A stretch of 64,000 nt of DNA from Octopus vulgaris (lineage: Eukaryota). The position numbers and the translations under genes were made by a program. Within the stretch, counting starts at the first letter, position 1. Each line of letters starts with the position of its first letter. The stretch spans positions 1,426,001-1,490,000 of the forward strand of contig OX597825.1 in assembly GCA_951406725.2 (NCBI GenBank), read 5' to 3'. The notes beneath the pieces were generated by a model. That model did not search any database, had not been told where the DNA came from, and saw only the letters and a program-made list of their open reading frames with translations. This document shows, piece by piece, positions 47,301 through 61,019 of the stretch.

Positions 47301-49604
47301 TATACACTCACACACACACACAGACACATACAGACACACACACAAAAGCACGGTTATTAAATAGGAAATTAGTTTACAGTGGCAACATTTATTTTTACTT
47401 GCCTGTGTTGGTGATGAGTGGGGGTTGATGAGAGAAACAAGAATCACTGATTGACTGAGATGTGAGAAGACCCAGCACAAGTCATGAAAGTTGGTAGAAA
47501 TAAAATCGATAATATTAAAACATAAACCAACATGTATTAAACCATAATTAAAAACTTCAAAGTTGACTTCAAACTGGATGGAAAATTATTTTATAATCAT
47601 ATATTATAAAAATTTAAAAAGTTAATGATGTGTTTTTATATTAAACATTGCAGGTTCATTATGGTATCTTTTAACTTATAAAACATTACTTTTAACACCT
47701 GACACCTTTATCACACCCCTACCCAGGTCCACCTAATGTACATATGTGCTTCTTCATAGCTTCATGATGGAAATACAATGTAGGTGATCAATCTGTTAGA
47801 CATAGAAGCCAACTCGCCTTCGAATCATCTCCTCTCATGTTATAAAAGGAAGGACACATTGGACACTGTAGCTCTGGATACTTTACATGACTAGTTTCAG
47901 CCCAAGAGCTATGGCCATGCTGGGGCACTATTGTTAGCTTAGCTACACTGTCACTAAACCTCTTCTGGTATGTGGCATTTGGTGAACGAGGGAGGTTGAT
48001 GTTGCTGATTCTTGGGCATCCCAAAAAAAACTTCATATAAATGCATAAATAAAGGAGTTAAATGACAATAACAACCAACTTCTTTATAGTCCGACAAGGA
48101 AGCCCCGATACAGGTTCTCACAGCAACCAAATCACCCTCAATTCCTTACTATTTTTGAAAAAAGGAAAGAACACATTGGCTAACATAGGGACAGAAATCC
48201 TTCAAAGTGGTGTGGTCATCGATCTGCTAATCAGAGCAGTGTTTTGTGAGGCTGAATACTTTTGGATCCTCTACACAGTGTACTGGCCTTGTCCCATCCT
48301 TCTTTTAATTTCCTAAGTGGTTATTGTCAGCCCACATACTCTAGATAAAGCCATCCTATAAACAAATGTGTGTGTGTGTGTGCGTGTGCGTGTGTGTGCG
48401 TGTGCATTTATTTTAAGACTCAGCAGTAATTCTTTGATTTCTTCATTCTGAGTAGCCTAACCATGTTCCTTTAAATAAGTAACCACAGGATGCATGTGTG
48501 TGGGTGTGTCTGTGCATGTGTATTTGTTTAAGTGGTTACTTTACCATTATTTGAAGTTTTGCGTTTGATGCCATAAAGAAAATCCAGAATCACAGTAAAG
48601 TATTCTTGTTATCATTGCAGAAGCAATAATAGTAAATCCAAAGGAGAGTTTGTTGTGTATCCATAAGTTCAGATGCCAGGAGGAATGGCTAAAAACTGAC
48701 ATTTCACGAAGAGCATGTAGCCTAAAACATCAATATTGTTTCCACTCCTCAAAGCAGCCAAACTTATTGATAGACAAACGAAATTTTTCTTTGGATTCAG
48801 AGCTGTCAGAGTTGCTTCAATAAAACCCTTTACCTGGTGGGCTTGTACCCTGTCTTCTCATCAGTGATATCTTACCTTGCCTATAGAAATAGCACATATC
48901 GCATAATAGTTTCAACAACAAATAAGTTGAAATGTAATTTCATTTAGAGAAAAGTACTCGTTTTAAGCAATTTAACTAATTTTGGTATCACAGTGGCTTT
49001 TTTTCTTTGTTGAATTAAATTTTATATTTCTTAAAACAATTCATTAAACTTGCTTTTTATTTTACTATATGTTGTTCAAAAAGCAAAATTCCTGAAAAAT
49101 TATTTAACATTCAAATAACAAAAAAGTGTGAACTGCATTACGTTAAAATAAAACAGGACCCTGATTCAACACATAGATTAAATATAACCTATTTATATTT
49201 TATAGTGAAAATGAATGTCATGTAACCCATGGAATTTTTACAGATCCAGCTAATTCATATTCATTGTTATAAACAATTTTTCCTTTTAAAAAAGATAAAT
49301 TATTATTTATTTGATTTAATAGAATTCATTTTATTAACAGTTATTTCTTTTAGAAACATCATTCAAAGCTGATTGTTTACTGTTCATATTTAGCATTGAT
49401 AAATTGTTTATACTTATATTGCATTTGAAATTAATCAATGTTGCATGCAACAAAGAAGTATTTTTGGAGCATTCTACACTTTGGAACCAGTTGAAGGAGC
49501 TTCTGAGAATACTTCTTGAAAATTTAATTCATTCTCTTCTAATTTAGTTACAACCTAATATTTCCAACATCGTTTATATAGTTTCATAGGTGTGGTGTGG
49601 GTAT

Positions 49605-49975
49605 AGGCATAGCTATGTGGTAAGGACTTTGTGTCCCAGCCCCATGATCTCAGGTTCAGTCCCACTGCATGTCACCCTGGTAAAATGTCTTCTACTATAA
49701 CCTCAGGCTGATTAAAGCCTGACTGTATTTTGTTGACAGAAACTGAAACTGTCATCTGTGTGTGCGTGGGTGGGGGTGCATTCCTCCATTACTGCTTGAC
49801 AACTGATGTTGTGTTGTTTCAGTCACTGCAACTTAGCAGTTCAGCAAAAGTGTTCGATAGAACAAGTACCAGACTTTAAAAAATGAAACAAGTACTGTGA
49901 TTAGTTTGATCCACTAAACCGGTGCCCCAGCATGACTGCAGTGCAATGACTAGACAAGTAGAAGATAAAAGATAA
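49605..49975 (+). mobile_element. SINE family A copy
   Basis: Colinear with 46862-47300 and ends ggtgccccagcatgactgcag...agtagaagataaaagata. Confidence 0.85.
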
Positions 49976-50613
49976 ATTACAAACTGATTTCCAAAATATC
50001 CATAATGGATATCATCTGCGATTCTGTCAGGAATTTTATTTGCAATCAGCTCTAATTCCTTGTCAACATGAATTTTTGTTCTTGTTATGGATAATCCACA
50101 TTTTAATTTTTTTCCTCCAAATATTTTTCAAAAATCTTTCTTAAACTTCATTCCATGACATTGCTGATAAATGGTGATACTTCAAGGAGAAAAATCCATT
50201 TTGCAATTGCATCAGAATGGTTATGGATATCATTGAGTTCAAATTAAATTATTTTTTGAAATTGATGTTTGATAATAAAGCTCTCAAGTTGAATTGTCAA
50301 TGCAGTGTTTGAAAGCAAGAAAATTAATTAGATATTATTTAATAACAAATTATATCTGGGTGTTACAAATGTTTACTAACAAGACAAATTTTCATCTTTT
50401 TCTTTCAAATCTCACTTAAATAACCAGTTGTAAAAATAACTGTAGTTATCCATTGGAGCACAAAGGGTTCATAAACTACATACAAAAATGGGCCACTCAG
50501 ATGAAGGGCATCAACTCAAGTGCAGGCATGAGAATTACTTTGTAATGAAACATTCGAAGCCCATTTCTTTTGCAAACTCTTCTGCTTTTGATGCCTCATA
50601 GTCCATTGATTAA

Positions 50614-50705
50614 CCCTTTCATTATCAACCCGACTGAAACTGCTTCTGGCTCTGTAGTACAAATGTCTTGTTTTCATAAGTTCTGAATTGAAATCTTCCA
50701 CCAAA
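50614..50705. mobile_element. Partial copy of the 36434-36654 piggyBac-type MITE
   Basis: ttaaccctttcattatcaacccgactgaaactgcttctggctctg...ttttcataagttctgaat is the reverse complement of 36570-36658. Confidence 0.8.
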
Positions 50706-51324
50706 GTGGTGCCCCTAACACTTCCACAGTACAACGGCTGAAACAAGTAAAAGCTGAAAGAAACCGGGCCAAACCCAATATTCAAAGCTGACCGATCTCA
50801 CTTCAGACTCTCTTACATTTATATTCTCATTACTGTGTGTCTTGTTTTTTCAATGTCAGATTTGTTTTATAGAATTTAATACAACAGATTCTTAAAGTTT
50901 CTTATTTACTATTGTCTTTGAGAATGTTTTAATAGTTCCCTACTTTAAATTTTAGCCAGAGTAATTCAATAGAAAATATAATGTACACAAATTTGAAAGT
51001 CACAGTTTCTTTGTTAGGGTTTTCTTTCACAGATTCCATCAGAGAAGAACAGAATGAAGGCTGATGTTCCTTCATACTCTAGAAATGATTGAAATACAAG
51101 AGAATATTGTCATAAAACCAACAATGACTAATCATAGTTTACTTAAATATTTTGATAAGAATATCCTGAGCTTTGATTATAGTAAGTGGATAATTTGTAA
51201 TTCATTTCAAATCAAAATACTTAATTTTGATAACAATAACTATTTTATCTGTGCTTTTAATAAACAGCTCCCTTAATGAAAACATTTGTACATAAATTCA
51301 TAAATAAGGTAATGAAAACTTTAC

Positions 51325-51385
51325 CTTGACAAGTGTCATCTGTATGCATACACTTACCTATAACAAAGAGAAAACAAGAAAATAT
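51325..51385 (-). promoter_or_regulatory. Candidate recursive splice site (YAG|GTAAGT) with a 33-nt RS-exon
   Basis: Minus strand: attttcttgttttctctttgttatag|GTAAGTgtatgcatacagatgacacttgtcaag|gtaaag. Confidence 0.45.
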
Positions 51386-54089
51386 GAAAATATTGAGGTT
51401 ATAAAATAGTTTTAATATTTAGTAATTTTATGAAATTTTATTATAGGGTTGATTTCAATTTTGAAGAGAAAAGAAAACATCTTGAAAACCAATGTCAATA
51501 TTTAATTTTACAGGAAAAATGTTTAGACATTTATAATTAAAACACCCTAATATTTGCTATGTGACAATAAAATAAACATTTTTTTTTATAATTCTAAATA
51601 CACTGAGCCCTGCAAGAGAAATAAAAAAACACCAAAAAACCGCAATGCTTTTAATTTAGTATATACTTGGTCAAGTGTGACCAAAAGCCAAACCATGAAG
51701 CGTAACTGTCCAAATTGTTAGATGCATTGAGCAATGAACCTTATGGTCCTCCATGTTCTGATTTCAAATCCCCACTAAGCCACTTTGTTTTTCACCCTTC
51801 TACAATTGATAAAATAAAGGACCAGTCACAAGTACTAGGTTTAATTTATATTTCTCTAATCTATTGTAGACATGAACTGAAATTATAGAACAAGAAATAA
51901 AACCTTCTATTTCATGCAGATTTGTATTTCTTTTTTCTTTTCTTTAATTGAATTAAATACAATTTGATAAAACATAAAATTCACGTATGAAATATCAAAA
52001 ATAAAACTTCCTGCAACTATCACAACCTACTAAGATTGTCAACAGAAACTGTTTTGAAGTAATTTCTTATGAGGGAAATAATCTGAAATGATGGTGGCAT
52101 GCAGAATGTTTTTGTGTAACAGTATCAAAGTAAGGTTAACTTGAGTGGAGAAGTGTAACATTTGACTGAAGTGATGTACAATACATTTATAAAATATCTT
52201 TTCAATAGCATATTTCAGAATAGTAAAAGGTTTTCATTCTTTTCTTTTTGCATTTTCATTTTTGAAGGAGAGGTAGACAGGGATGGTGGAGAGAATTATT
52301 TGTTTGATATGGGAAAAATTCATTTTGTAGGAATCAAATTTCTCTTGCAATTTTCTTTTCCTTTCAAAGAAATATTTTTATGAAACTTTTTCAATAATTT
52401 TTATTAAAACCCAACAATCTTTACCTTTGCACAATAATTTCATTAGAAACATAAAATTCTTTGATGTAATGATTTAATTCAATCTTCAGAATTTTCAATA
52501 ATATATAATAGTCTCATCGAAACACAGTTGTTAGATTCTATATAATGATTTAATTCAAACATGAAAAATAATACCCAATATTCTTTAATATAGGAACAAA
52601 GAGTCCTGTATTATTAGAGTCCTATATTATAATACAAGAACAAAAGTTTAAGGAGAAACTATTATGTATCTACGAATCTTATTTTATTAGAATAATTTAC
52701 ATTATTGTTTTCTTCCCCTTTTAATTTAACATCTGTTGCTTTCTTTTATCTTAATTTAGGATAAAAATAAAACAACTAAAGACAAAATTAAGTATTTAAA
52801 AACCCATATCAGCAGGGTCTGATAGATTCTCATAGGTTTGTATCTGATGGATAAACTCCTCATAACAAACACTTCATAAGACACGAAATAATGGTTAGTG
52901 TAACAACAATTGTCTACTTAGAAAATATTCAGTGGAATTAAAACCTCTGAAAAAAATTCACCCATTACAAAATATAAGTGAAAAAAATTCTTTGACAAGA
53001 TTAATCCGCTTCATATGTATTTTTTACCCCAGATGGCCAGTTTATGGTTCACAATGAAACCAATACTTGTAGCAGGAGAGTCTCCTTCCTACAAAGAGAG
53101 GGCTGGAACCTAAAATGTAAGATATTTATATCCAAAAGGAATGTAATATTTAAAAGAGCAGTTTGATTTTTTTTCCTTTTTAAATAAACCGTACCAAAAT
53201 GAAAGATTTCTTTAGTTCTTTGGAGATTTTTGTCTTGTTTGATTCCTGTGTAAGTTTTGTTTTATTGTTGTTTGATTTTCAGAAACTGAGACAGTAAAAA
53301 GTTTACGTAGAAAAGTTCTTTGAAGAGGAATATCAATCTATAAATAATGCTTCTGGAAATTTCTCTACTTTTATAAATTGAAGAAAATTTCAAAACTGTA
53401 CATGTATATAGTTAAGAATATTCTAAAGAGCCCTTTAAATGTTTCAAGAAATTATAGAAAAGGGGTATTTTGTATGGCAGAAAATAGATATAAATGGAAT
53501 AGAAATAGATAATTTAGAGAATTTTAATCTCATTAAAGTCTAAGTGGAGAGACACCGTAGAACAATTGTTTTCATTGCAGAAAATTACTCTAAAATCATT
53601 TGAATTCAATAATTCAGTTAGCAAGGCTTTTTATAGCATACACCTTTCATTTGTAAAGTGTTAGAGGGCAACCTTGTTGAAAAGGATTACATTATTCTCT
53701 CCAAATCTTGATATGAAGATTCACAATCTTATGAAAACTAATGTTAGCACAAGTAGATCTGTGGACAGAATGAGAAGTGTTAAATAAGGGGAAGTTTTAC
53801 TGGATACTATTTTCCATGTTGTACTTGTTGCAGTTATCTTGGAAACTTAAAAGCAAAAAAAATCATACAAAGATAACAGGAATCTATGTCTTAAGACTAT
53901 CCAGATGATATTGCTACTGAGAGGGTCAATCATAACCTTCTTGCATCTTTGAAGAATTTCTAGTAAAATGACTTGAAACCCAGAACATAGTCTTTCAAGC
54001 CAGAGTGATAACATCAGTTGTCACGTGTTGGTGGTGGTGGTGGTGGAGGACAAAGACACACAGAAGATATATACATATCTGTGTTTCGT

Positions 54090-54225
54090 TTCGGCTTCCA
54101 TCTCCCAAATCCACTCACAAGGCCAAAGGCTATAGTAGAAGACACTTGCATGAGGTGCCACACAGTGAGACTGAACCCAGAACCATGTGGTTGGGAAGCG
54201 AATGTCTTACCACACAGCCTTGCCT
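54090..54225 (-). mobile_element. SINE family A copy
   Basis: caaatccactcacaagg...ctatagtagaagacacttgc...gactgaacccagaaccatgtggttgggaagc...ttaccacacagcc. Confidence 0.85.
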
Positions 54226-57200
54226 GCAACTTGCATATGCATGCACGTGCGTCTGCGTACTCGTGTGTTTGTATGTGTGTGTGTGTTATCTCTCCCCATC
54301 TTTCCAGTTGTAAAGCAAACATCACTATTATGGATGCAGTGTGCTTTGTTTCTGATCTTCTGTAAAAAAACCATATCCAGCCATGGAGAAGTATTACATT
54401 ACTTGGAAAGATTGGTGACAAAAAGAGCATTTGACCATAGAAAATCTACATCAATGAATTCCCTCCGGCCTATGCAAGCATGGAAAAGCAGATGTGAAAG
54501 CTTTGATGGTGATGATATTTATCTATCATATTTCTCTCTCTCACACACACACATACACACACACACACACACATCTGGGCACATATGTTTAAGAAGTTTG
54601 CTTGACAAAGTAATCGTCTGCCACACTCTTTGATGACTACTGCTCTGGGATTAATATTTAGTCTATGAAACTGTGAAAGCCCGTTGTATAAGTGTGTGTG
54701 TATGTGTGTTGATGCTTGTATGTATATATGTTCATGTGTCATGTTTGTCTATACTGAGAGAAACATAAAATTATGTGTGAGTTGAGTTCCTTTACGTCAA
54801 AAAAGATAATAGTCATTCATTAATAGTGAGTCATAATATAAGCATCAGACTGGAATGACCAGTGGAGTTGATACGTTCAGCTGAAATGTGTCAAAGCAAC
54901 ATTCTAGCATGGCCTCAGTCCAATGACTGAAACCGATACAAGAATAAAGTGCATTTACATGTATATACAGGTGTAAATATCACACACACACACAGTGAGC
55001 TAATTGTGAAGACTGAGAAATACAGTCCAATGGCAGATAAACATTTAAAAATACAAGTCTTCTCTCTCTCTCTCCAATTAGTTAAGCTCAATGTGCTACA
55101 ATCAGTAGGCAAATGGTTTGAGATCTGCCAAGCAGCTTCTGGTATTCTCTCTTAAATTACTGATTTTAATGTTTGATATTCTTTTATGTCTATTTAAGCA
55201 TGTATGTGTCTATGAATGTGTGTGTGTATATATATACATATACACACAGACATAAGTGTAATATATGTTTGTGCATGTGTAAATGTAGCATACCCTTGGA
55301 ATCCTTCATTAACAAGTTAGACATCCCCCAAGTTGTTATTTTATGTAATGTAAAGTCTTTGTTGCCTGTGTCTTGTGATTGCATTGCTAATTAGTCCGAT
55401 TCTTGACAGACATACATTGTTGTACTTCAGGGTAGATTTATGACATGTGGCTTTGTTATGGAACACAGTAAACTTTTCTTAGTTTTGTAATCCCACTGGC
55501 TTTCTTTTGCCAACTTCAAGAGAGCATAGAGCATCGTATGACAGATATGTCAGTTTTTAATTTTCTTTTTCTTTATTTTTTTTTTTTGCTTGAATCAGAG
55601 CAGAAAAGGACTCAGAGACTGATGGAAGGAAGAGGTTATCCTTAGACCAAAACGTTACTGCAAATGTTTGCAAAAGCATAGACTCCACTAAAGAAGAGGG
55701 CCACCAAGCTTAGATAGATATTAAGTCTACAACTTAAAATTATGGGATAGCTGTACTCAAAATTGACTTTCAAAACTGTCAGTTATTTCTTTTGAGATGA
55801 TTTCTGAGCAGCTACAGTATAACTGTCATTGTATTGTCTATTTGTGGAATGTGTGAGAAGTGGAGAGGATACAATTTTTCAAAATATATTCATAATTACA
55901 TAGAAAAAGATCTTATTGTCTTCATCTGATCTCAAACTGAGTCACCTTGTTTTATGATGGTTTGCAACTCAGATAATAATTTATTTGTATTCAAAAAGAA
56001 AGAATTTTTTTTATTATCTCTCTAACATTTTATTACAAAGACAGAAGAGTTTTAACTTTACAAAAATTTGCAAATATCTAATTTCCATGATGAAATTTTG
56101 TTACTATATTGAATCTTAAGATAGGCACAAATCCTCAAATTTCTTGACATCAGATAATGAAAAATAAATTGAGTGTGGAGATATCTGAACTCAGAATGTA
56201 ATGGGGCATAACTAAATAACACAAAGCAATTTCACTAATGTTCTGCTTCTTCTGACAATTCACAGCCTTTATCAATGATCAGCTTACAGTATGAGCCAAT
56301 TAGGGAACCTCTTTTCAGTAACTGGATCTGGTAAATGTAGCAGCCATAGTGCAAAGTTAAAAGCTGGAGATCTGTAGTATCATTTCCTGCTGCTAAACTA
56401 AGCGAGATAGAAGGAAGATCATAGACATTTGTTAGTTAAGTTATTAAAAATTTTCTTGGAAACCACAGAGCTGAAAACTACTGCAGACTGGTAAATACCA
56501 TGTTGCATTCTTATGAAAGAAAAGTATGTAGAATATCTCTTAAACTGCATTTTTTAAAATTCTCATTTTGACATTTTCCTTCCAACTTTTGGGTTGTAAG
56601 GGTGAATGTTGGTGAGGATTTCAATCACCAGATTGCCATTATGGAAAGCAAATATACCAGAAGCTTCAGCTAAAATATGAGTGATTACTGTTGGTTCCTG
56701 CAGGTTGACAACATCTCATTCCACAAATGACACAAGAAGAGACTACAACAAAGTTTCCCATCACAACTGCAATTCACATTTTGCCAATAACAACTTAATA
56801 CTTACATGCTTTCACTGGCGTGGTTGCATGTAGATGTAACTTTTAAAAACTGCAGTAACAGGAGTCTAGACTATGTTCCATCTTAATTTAAAGGCACGAA
56901 AAGAAAAAAAAAACACTAGCTTTTAAATTTGCATCTGTCAGTACTCTATTCAATTTAAATATTTCCTTATGGGAAATATTTAAATAATGAAAACCATTAC
57001 ATTAATGATCAATGCCTTTCATAAAATTTTCATGAGTTTAACAATGTAAAATGGTGGAAGATAAATTTTCAGGGCTACAACTTCCCCATCACTTTGTCTT
57101 TTCAAATATCTTATACCTAAGAGTACACTGTATAATGTACTATTATATTTCTTAAGACTGTAGTGTACACTTGGTAGATGGAAACTGTGAGGAAGCTTGG

Positions 57201-58565
57201 TATGTGTTTATATATAAGTGTGCGTGTGTTTAATTTTTTATATATCGTTTCACTGTGTCATCATTAGTACTGGCAAAGAGAAAGATGACGATAGAATTAT
57301 TTTTTGGCTCAGTGAATCTGCAGAAGTATGGTGACTGGTCAAATGAGAAGAATCAATAACTTGAAGAATAAGTAGCAGAGTTGGTCAAAGAAAGAATATC
57401 CAACCATAGAAAAATTGCGTCTCTGAAGTTTCTTCAAACCCATCCAACATGGGAAAATAGGTGTTCATTGGTACATGTGAGCGTTGAGGGTGCATATGTG
57501 TGTGTGTGTATTTATGCATGCAAAGGAATGGTATTAGTGGCAGTAACAATGTTTCAGTCTGAGAGAGGAACAATGAGAATTTCCTCTGTTCATTAACTGA
57601 TTCCTCACCAGCATCATTTAACATCAATTTTCTATGCTGGCATGGGTTATCCTCTATGACTCTTCAGCAATCATGGGCTATGATGGTGATGATGATGAAG
57701 AGGAGGTGGACGAGGAAGCAGATGATAATGATGAGGAGTGTAAAATGTAGTATGACAATAATCAAAAGCATCTACATAAGAAATGAAAATGAATATTGTA
57801 AAAATAAATAATGAATCTTATAAATAACTGATGATATACAAAAAAACAAAACAAAACAAAATAACGAAATAAAATAAAACAAAACAGATTTCAACAATGT
57901 TATGATCTGAAGAGATTAGACAAAAATAACCAAGTGCTTAGACAATTGAAGAGAAAAGAATTCAGCAATAGATGTATGAAACTGATGCCGACACAGACAG
58001 ACAAATTTTCTTGTTCTGAAAACCAATTTGAAGGATAACAGCAACTTTTCAATGTCTTTGATATCAACAGAAAGCTAACAGACAGTAATTTGCCCATTCT
58101 ATAATCAGATATTAGTCTAAGATAATGCTTTACATATCCAATTTCGATTCTCCTCTTGCTATTATTCATTAGCAGCAGAGAAAATTCTGTGTTAAAAGTT
58201 TCTTTAATTTTCATGAGAATCACTTCTCAGAATGTATTCTTATCCTCAATTCTCAAAGTCCCTCATGGCAAAATTTTGTGCAATATATAATTTTGTTTCC
58301 TTATGTCGTATAATTTTCTTTTCATGTGAATAAAAGACTCTCATGCATAAAAATATATCATTCAGAATTCATAGAGAAACTATTCAATTAAACTAATTGT
58401 TTATTCCATTGAATTTGAGATTTTTCTCTCTTTCTATGCATTATGAAATTGATTTCATATTTTCTTCTGGTAAATTAAATAGAAACAAAATCAGAGAATC
58501 CATTTCTACCTCAGTTTGTAATGCTTGGGTAAAATTTTGAGAGCAAACCAAGGAAATAACCTTGC

Positions 58566-59519
58566 TTAGACCAGTACGAGTGTGTGCACATGTGCATGCA
58601 TGTGTGTGTGCATGCATGTGCACATATGCATACATGTGTAGCATAGTTATATCTACATCATTGAGTCAGAGAAACTCACTTTGCAAATTGACAGAAAGTT
58701 AGTTCTATTAAGCAATGAAGAAGACATTCTACAGAGAGCCAACCCGTGACCACTCAGCAAGATCATCACATTTTTTACAACTTTTTCAGGTTTGTGTGTG
58801 TGTGTAGGGGTGGATATAATAATAAAACAACAGAAAAGGTTGCAAGATGCAACGAAAATTTTAGGAAAATAAAAATAAGAAAGAAGTGGAAATTTTACCG
58901 GTGAGTGTGTTAAATCATAAAGCACAAAAAGAAAATGACTCTCCCCAGACACAACAGAACAGATTGAGTTAGAACACACAAAGTTGTTAAAACATTGCAA
59001 TAGCTTACAGACGGCCACAACCTTTGGCTAGAACACATAAAGGAAATAAAGAAAATATATACACATATATACACATATACACATGTGTCAGTATAAGTTC
59101 CTCTTGTGCTCTTGAACACATTAAGTGGCAAAATAATGACTGCTTTCTGCTGGTTTCTGTGGTTTTTCTCTGCACCCAGCCGTGTGATATTGGTTGCCTT
59201 TCACATTAGTTATGAAAGTTCTGTAGTGTGTACTTTTTTCAGTTTTTTCTTTCTTAGTCCCAACAGTCATGTCTATTAGAAATAAAGTTGTTTTAGAATG
59301 TCATTGTTATGGCAGCTGGAGTATGTGACCTGATAGCTTTAATTAACATTCTGTGAGGATTTTGCTCAGTGGTCATGGGTTGGCTCTCTGTAGAATGTCT
59401 TATTTCATTGCTTAATAGAACTAACTTTCTGTCAATTTGCAAAGTGAGTTTCTCTGACTCAGTGATGTAGATATAACTATGCTACACATGAATGCACACA
59501 CACACACGTACTGGTCTAA
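58566..59519. repeat. Long inverted repeat (fold-back), arms ~205 and ~168 bp around a ~580-bp spacer
   Basis: 58566-58770 vs 59352-59519. The core (catgtgtagcatagttatatctacatc...ctacagagagccaaccc) is nearly identical, and the arms differ mainly in an internal TG/CA tract. Confidence 0.92.
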
Positions 59520-59804
59520 CGTGTGACTGACATGTGCAGTGCATGTTATCTGAGACTTTCACAAGAGGTCAAACAGAACTGAAATTCTGACTTGCAGAAG
59601 CACCTTGGTGTGAAGGACCTTAAACTCTCAGTGGGTGAAGTGGACAGAGAGAAACATGTAGCCTGGGAAATATTCAGCTGTCCCACATGTTTCCAAGAGC
59701 TTAAAGGAGGAACATAACAGCTGTACACAAGACCTTTTCCCTTGGGGGTGAGGCTAGTTTCCCTGTACAACAACGCTTTCTGCTGCTGTCTGCAACATAT
59801 AGAC

Positions 59805-59908
59805 TCCTCCTCCTCCTCCTCATCATCATCATCACCATCACCACCACCATCACCATCACCATCATCATCATCACCACCATCATCATCATCATCATCACCA
59901 TCACCACC

Positions 59909-59940
<32 letters not shown>

Positions 59941-60010
59941 CACCACCACCATCATCACCACCATCATCATCATCATCACCACCACCACCACCACCACCAC
60001 CACCACCACC

Positions 60011-60041
<31 letters not shown>

Positions 60042-60049
60042 GCAGCAGC

Positions 60050-60082
<33 letters not shown>
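59805..60082. repeat. Compound trinucleotide microsatellite (TCC)n/(TCA)n/(CCA)n/(GCA)n
   Basis: Directly visible and followed by an RTE-like tail remnant (ccacttttccatgcaagg). Source of the poly-S/P/A ORF. Confidence 0.95.
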
Positions 60083-60083
<1 letters not shown>

Positions 60084-60315
60084 TTTTGTCTTTCTGGTCC
60101 ACTTTTCCATGCAAGGATGAGTTGGAAGGTTGTTTTTGTGCTGCAATGAACATTAAGTAACGAAACGACTGACTACAAAATGCAGAATCAGTTTTTAATA
60201 ATTCTATTGACAGTGACATCAAAAAATATGCCAGTAGTTAGCCTCAACAGTTAGCCTGGCAGTCTGTCAAGGCCAACTCCTGGCGAAACTTGGAAGGAGT
60301 CACTTTTCATAAAAT

Positions 60316-60356
<41 letters not shown>

Positions 60357-61019
60357 TTAAGAAAAATAATCAAGAATTGTTTGAACCTGAAAAAGAAAAT
60401 GTAAAAAACAGCAATATTTATGACCAACTTACTGTCATCATAACCTTCTCAAAAAATGAGATATGATGACAGAAAGTTAATAACAAAATGTTGGAAGGTT
60501 TGGTAGTTCATCACAATATTAGACACATTGTATAGAATAATCTCCTGCTTGCCAATTCTCCCTCCTCTACACTAACAGTCATCAGACTTGATGCTAACCG
60601 TCGCCTCCTATTAGCATGCACCTTGGTCTCTTTCTCACCGTCTCTAATAAAATCTCTGCTGCCAAGACTACATTCTAACTACTCCGAGAAAGGCTGTGGT
60701 TGTTTAGTTGCTGGTTAGTAGAGCTATGGCCAAAGGCATCTTAGTCACAGCTATTACACCTTTGCCTTCTGTGCAATGAACCTTAGATGACATTATTGAA
60801 TCTTCCTGATCTTCCTGTCCTAAGACGGAGAGGGGGTGATTTGTGTGCGATTTGGCAGCTGTGTCAAATACATAGAAATTCCTCAGCATTAAGAGATGGT
60901 TCTGTGCATAAGAAGCTTCTTAAGCTATCTGGTTCTGGGTTTAATTACCATTGCCTGGCACTTTGGGCATATGTCTTCTACTAAATCCCTTACCAAGCAA
61001 AGCATTGTGAGTGGATCTT

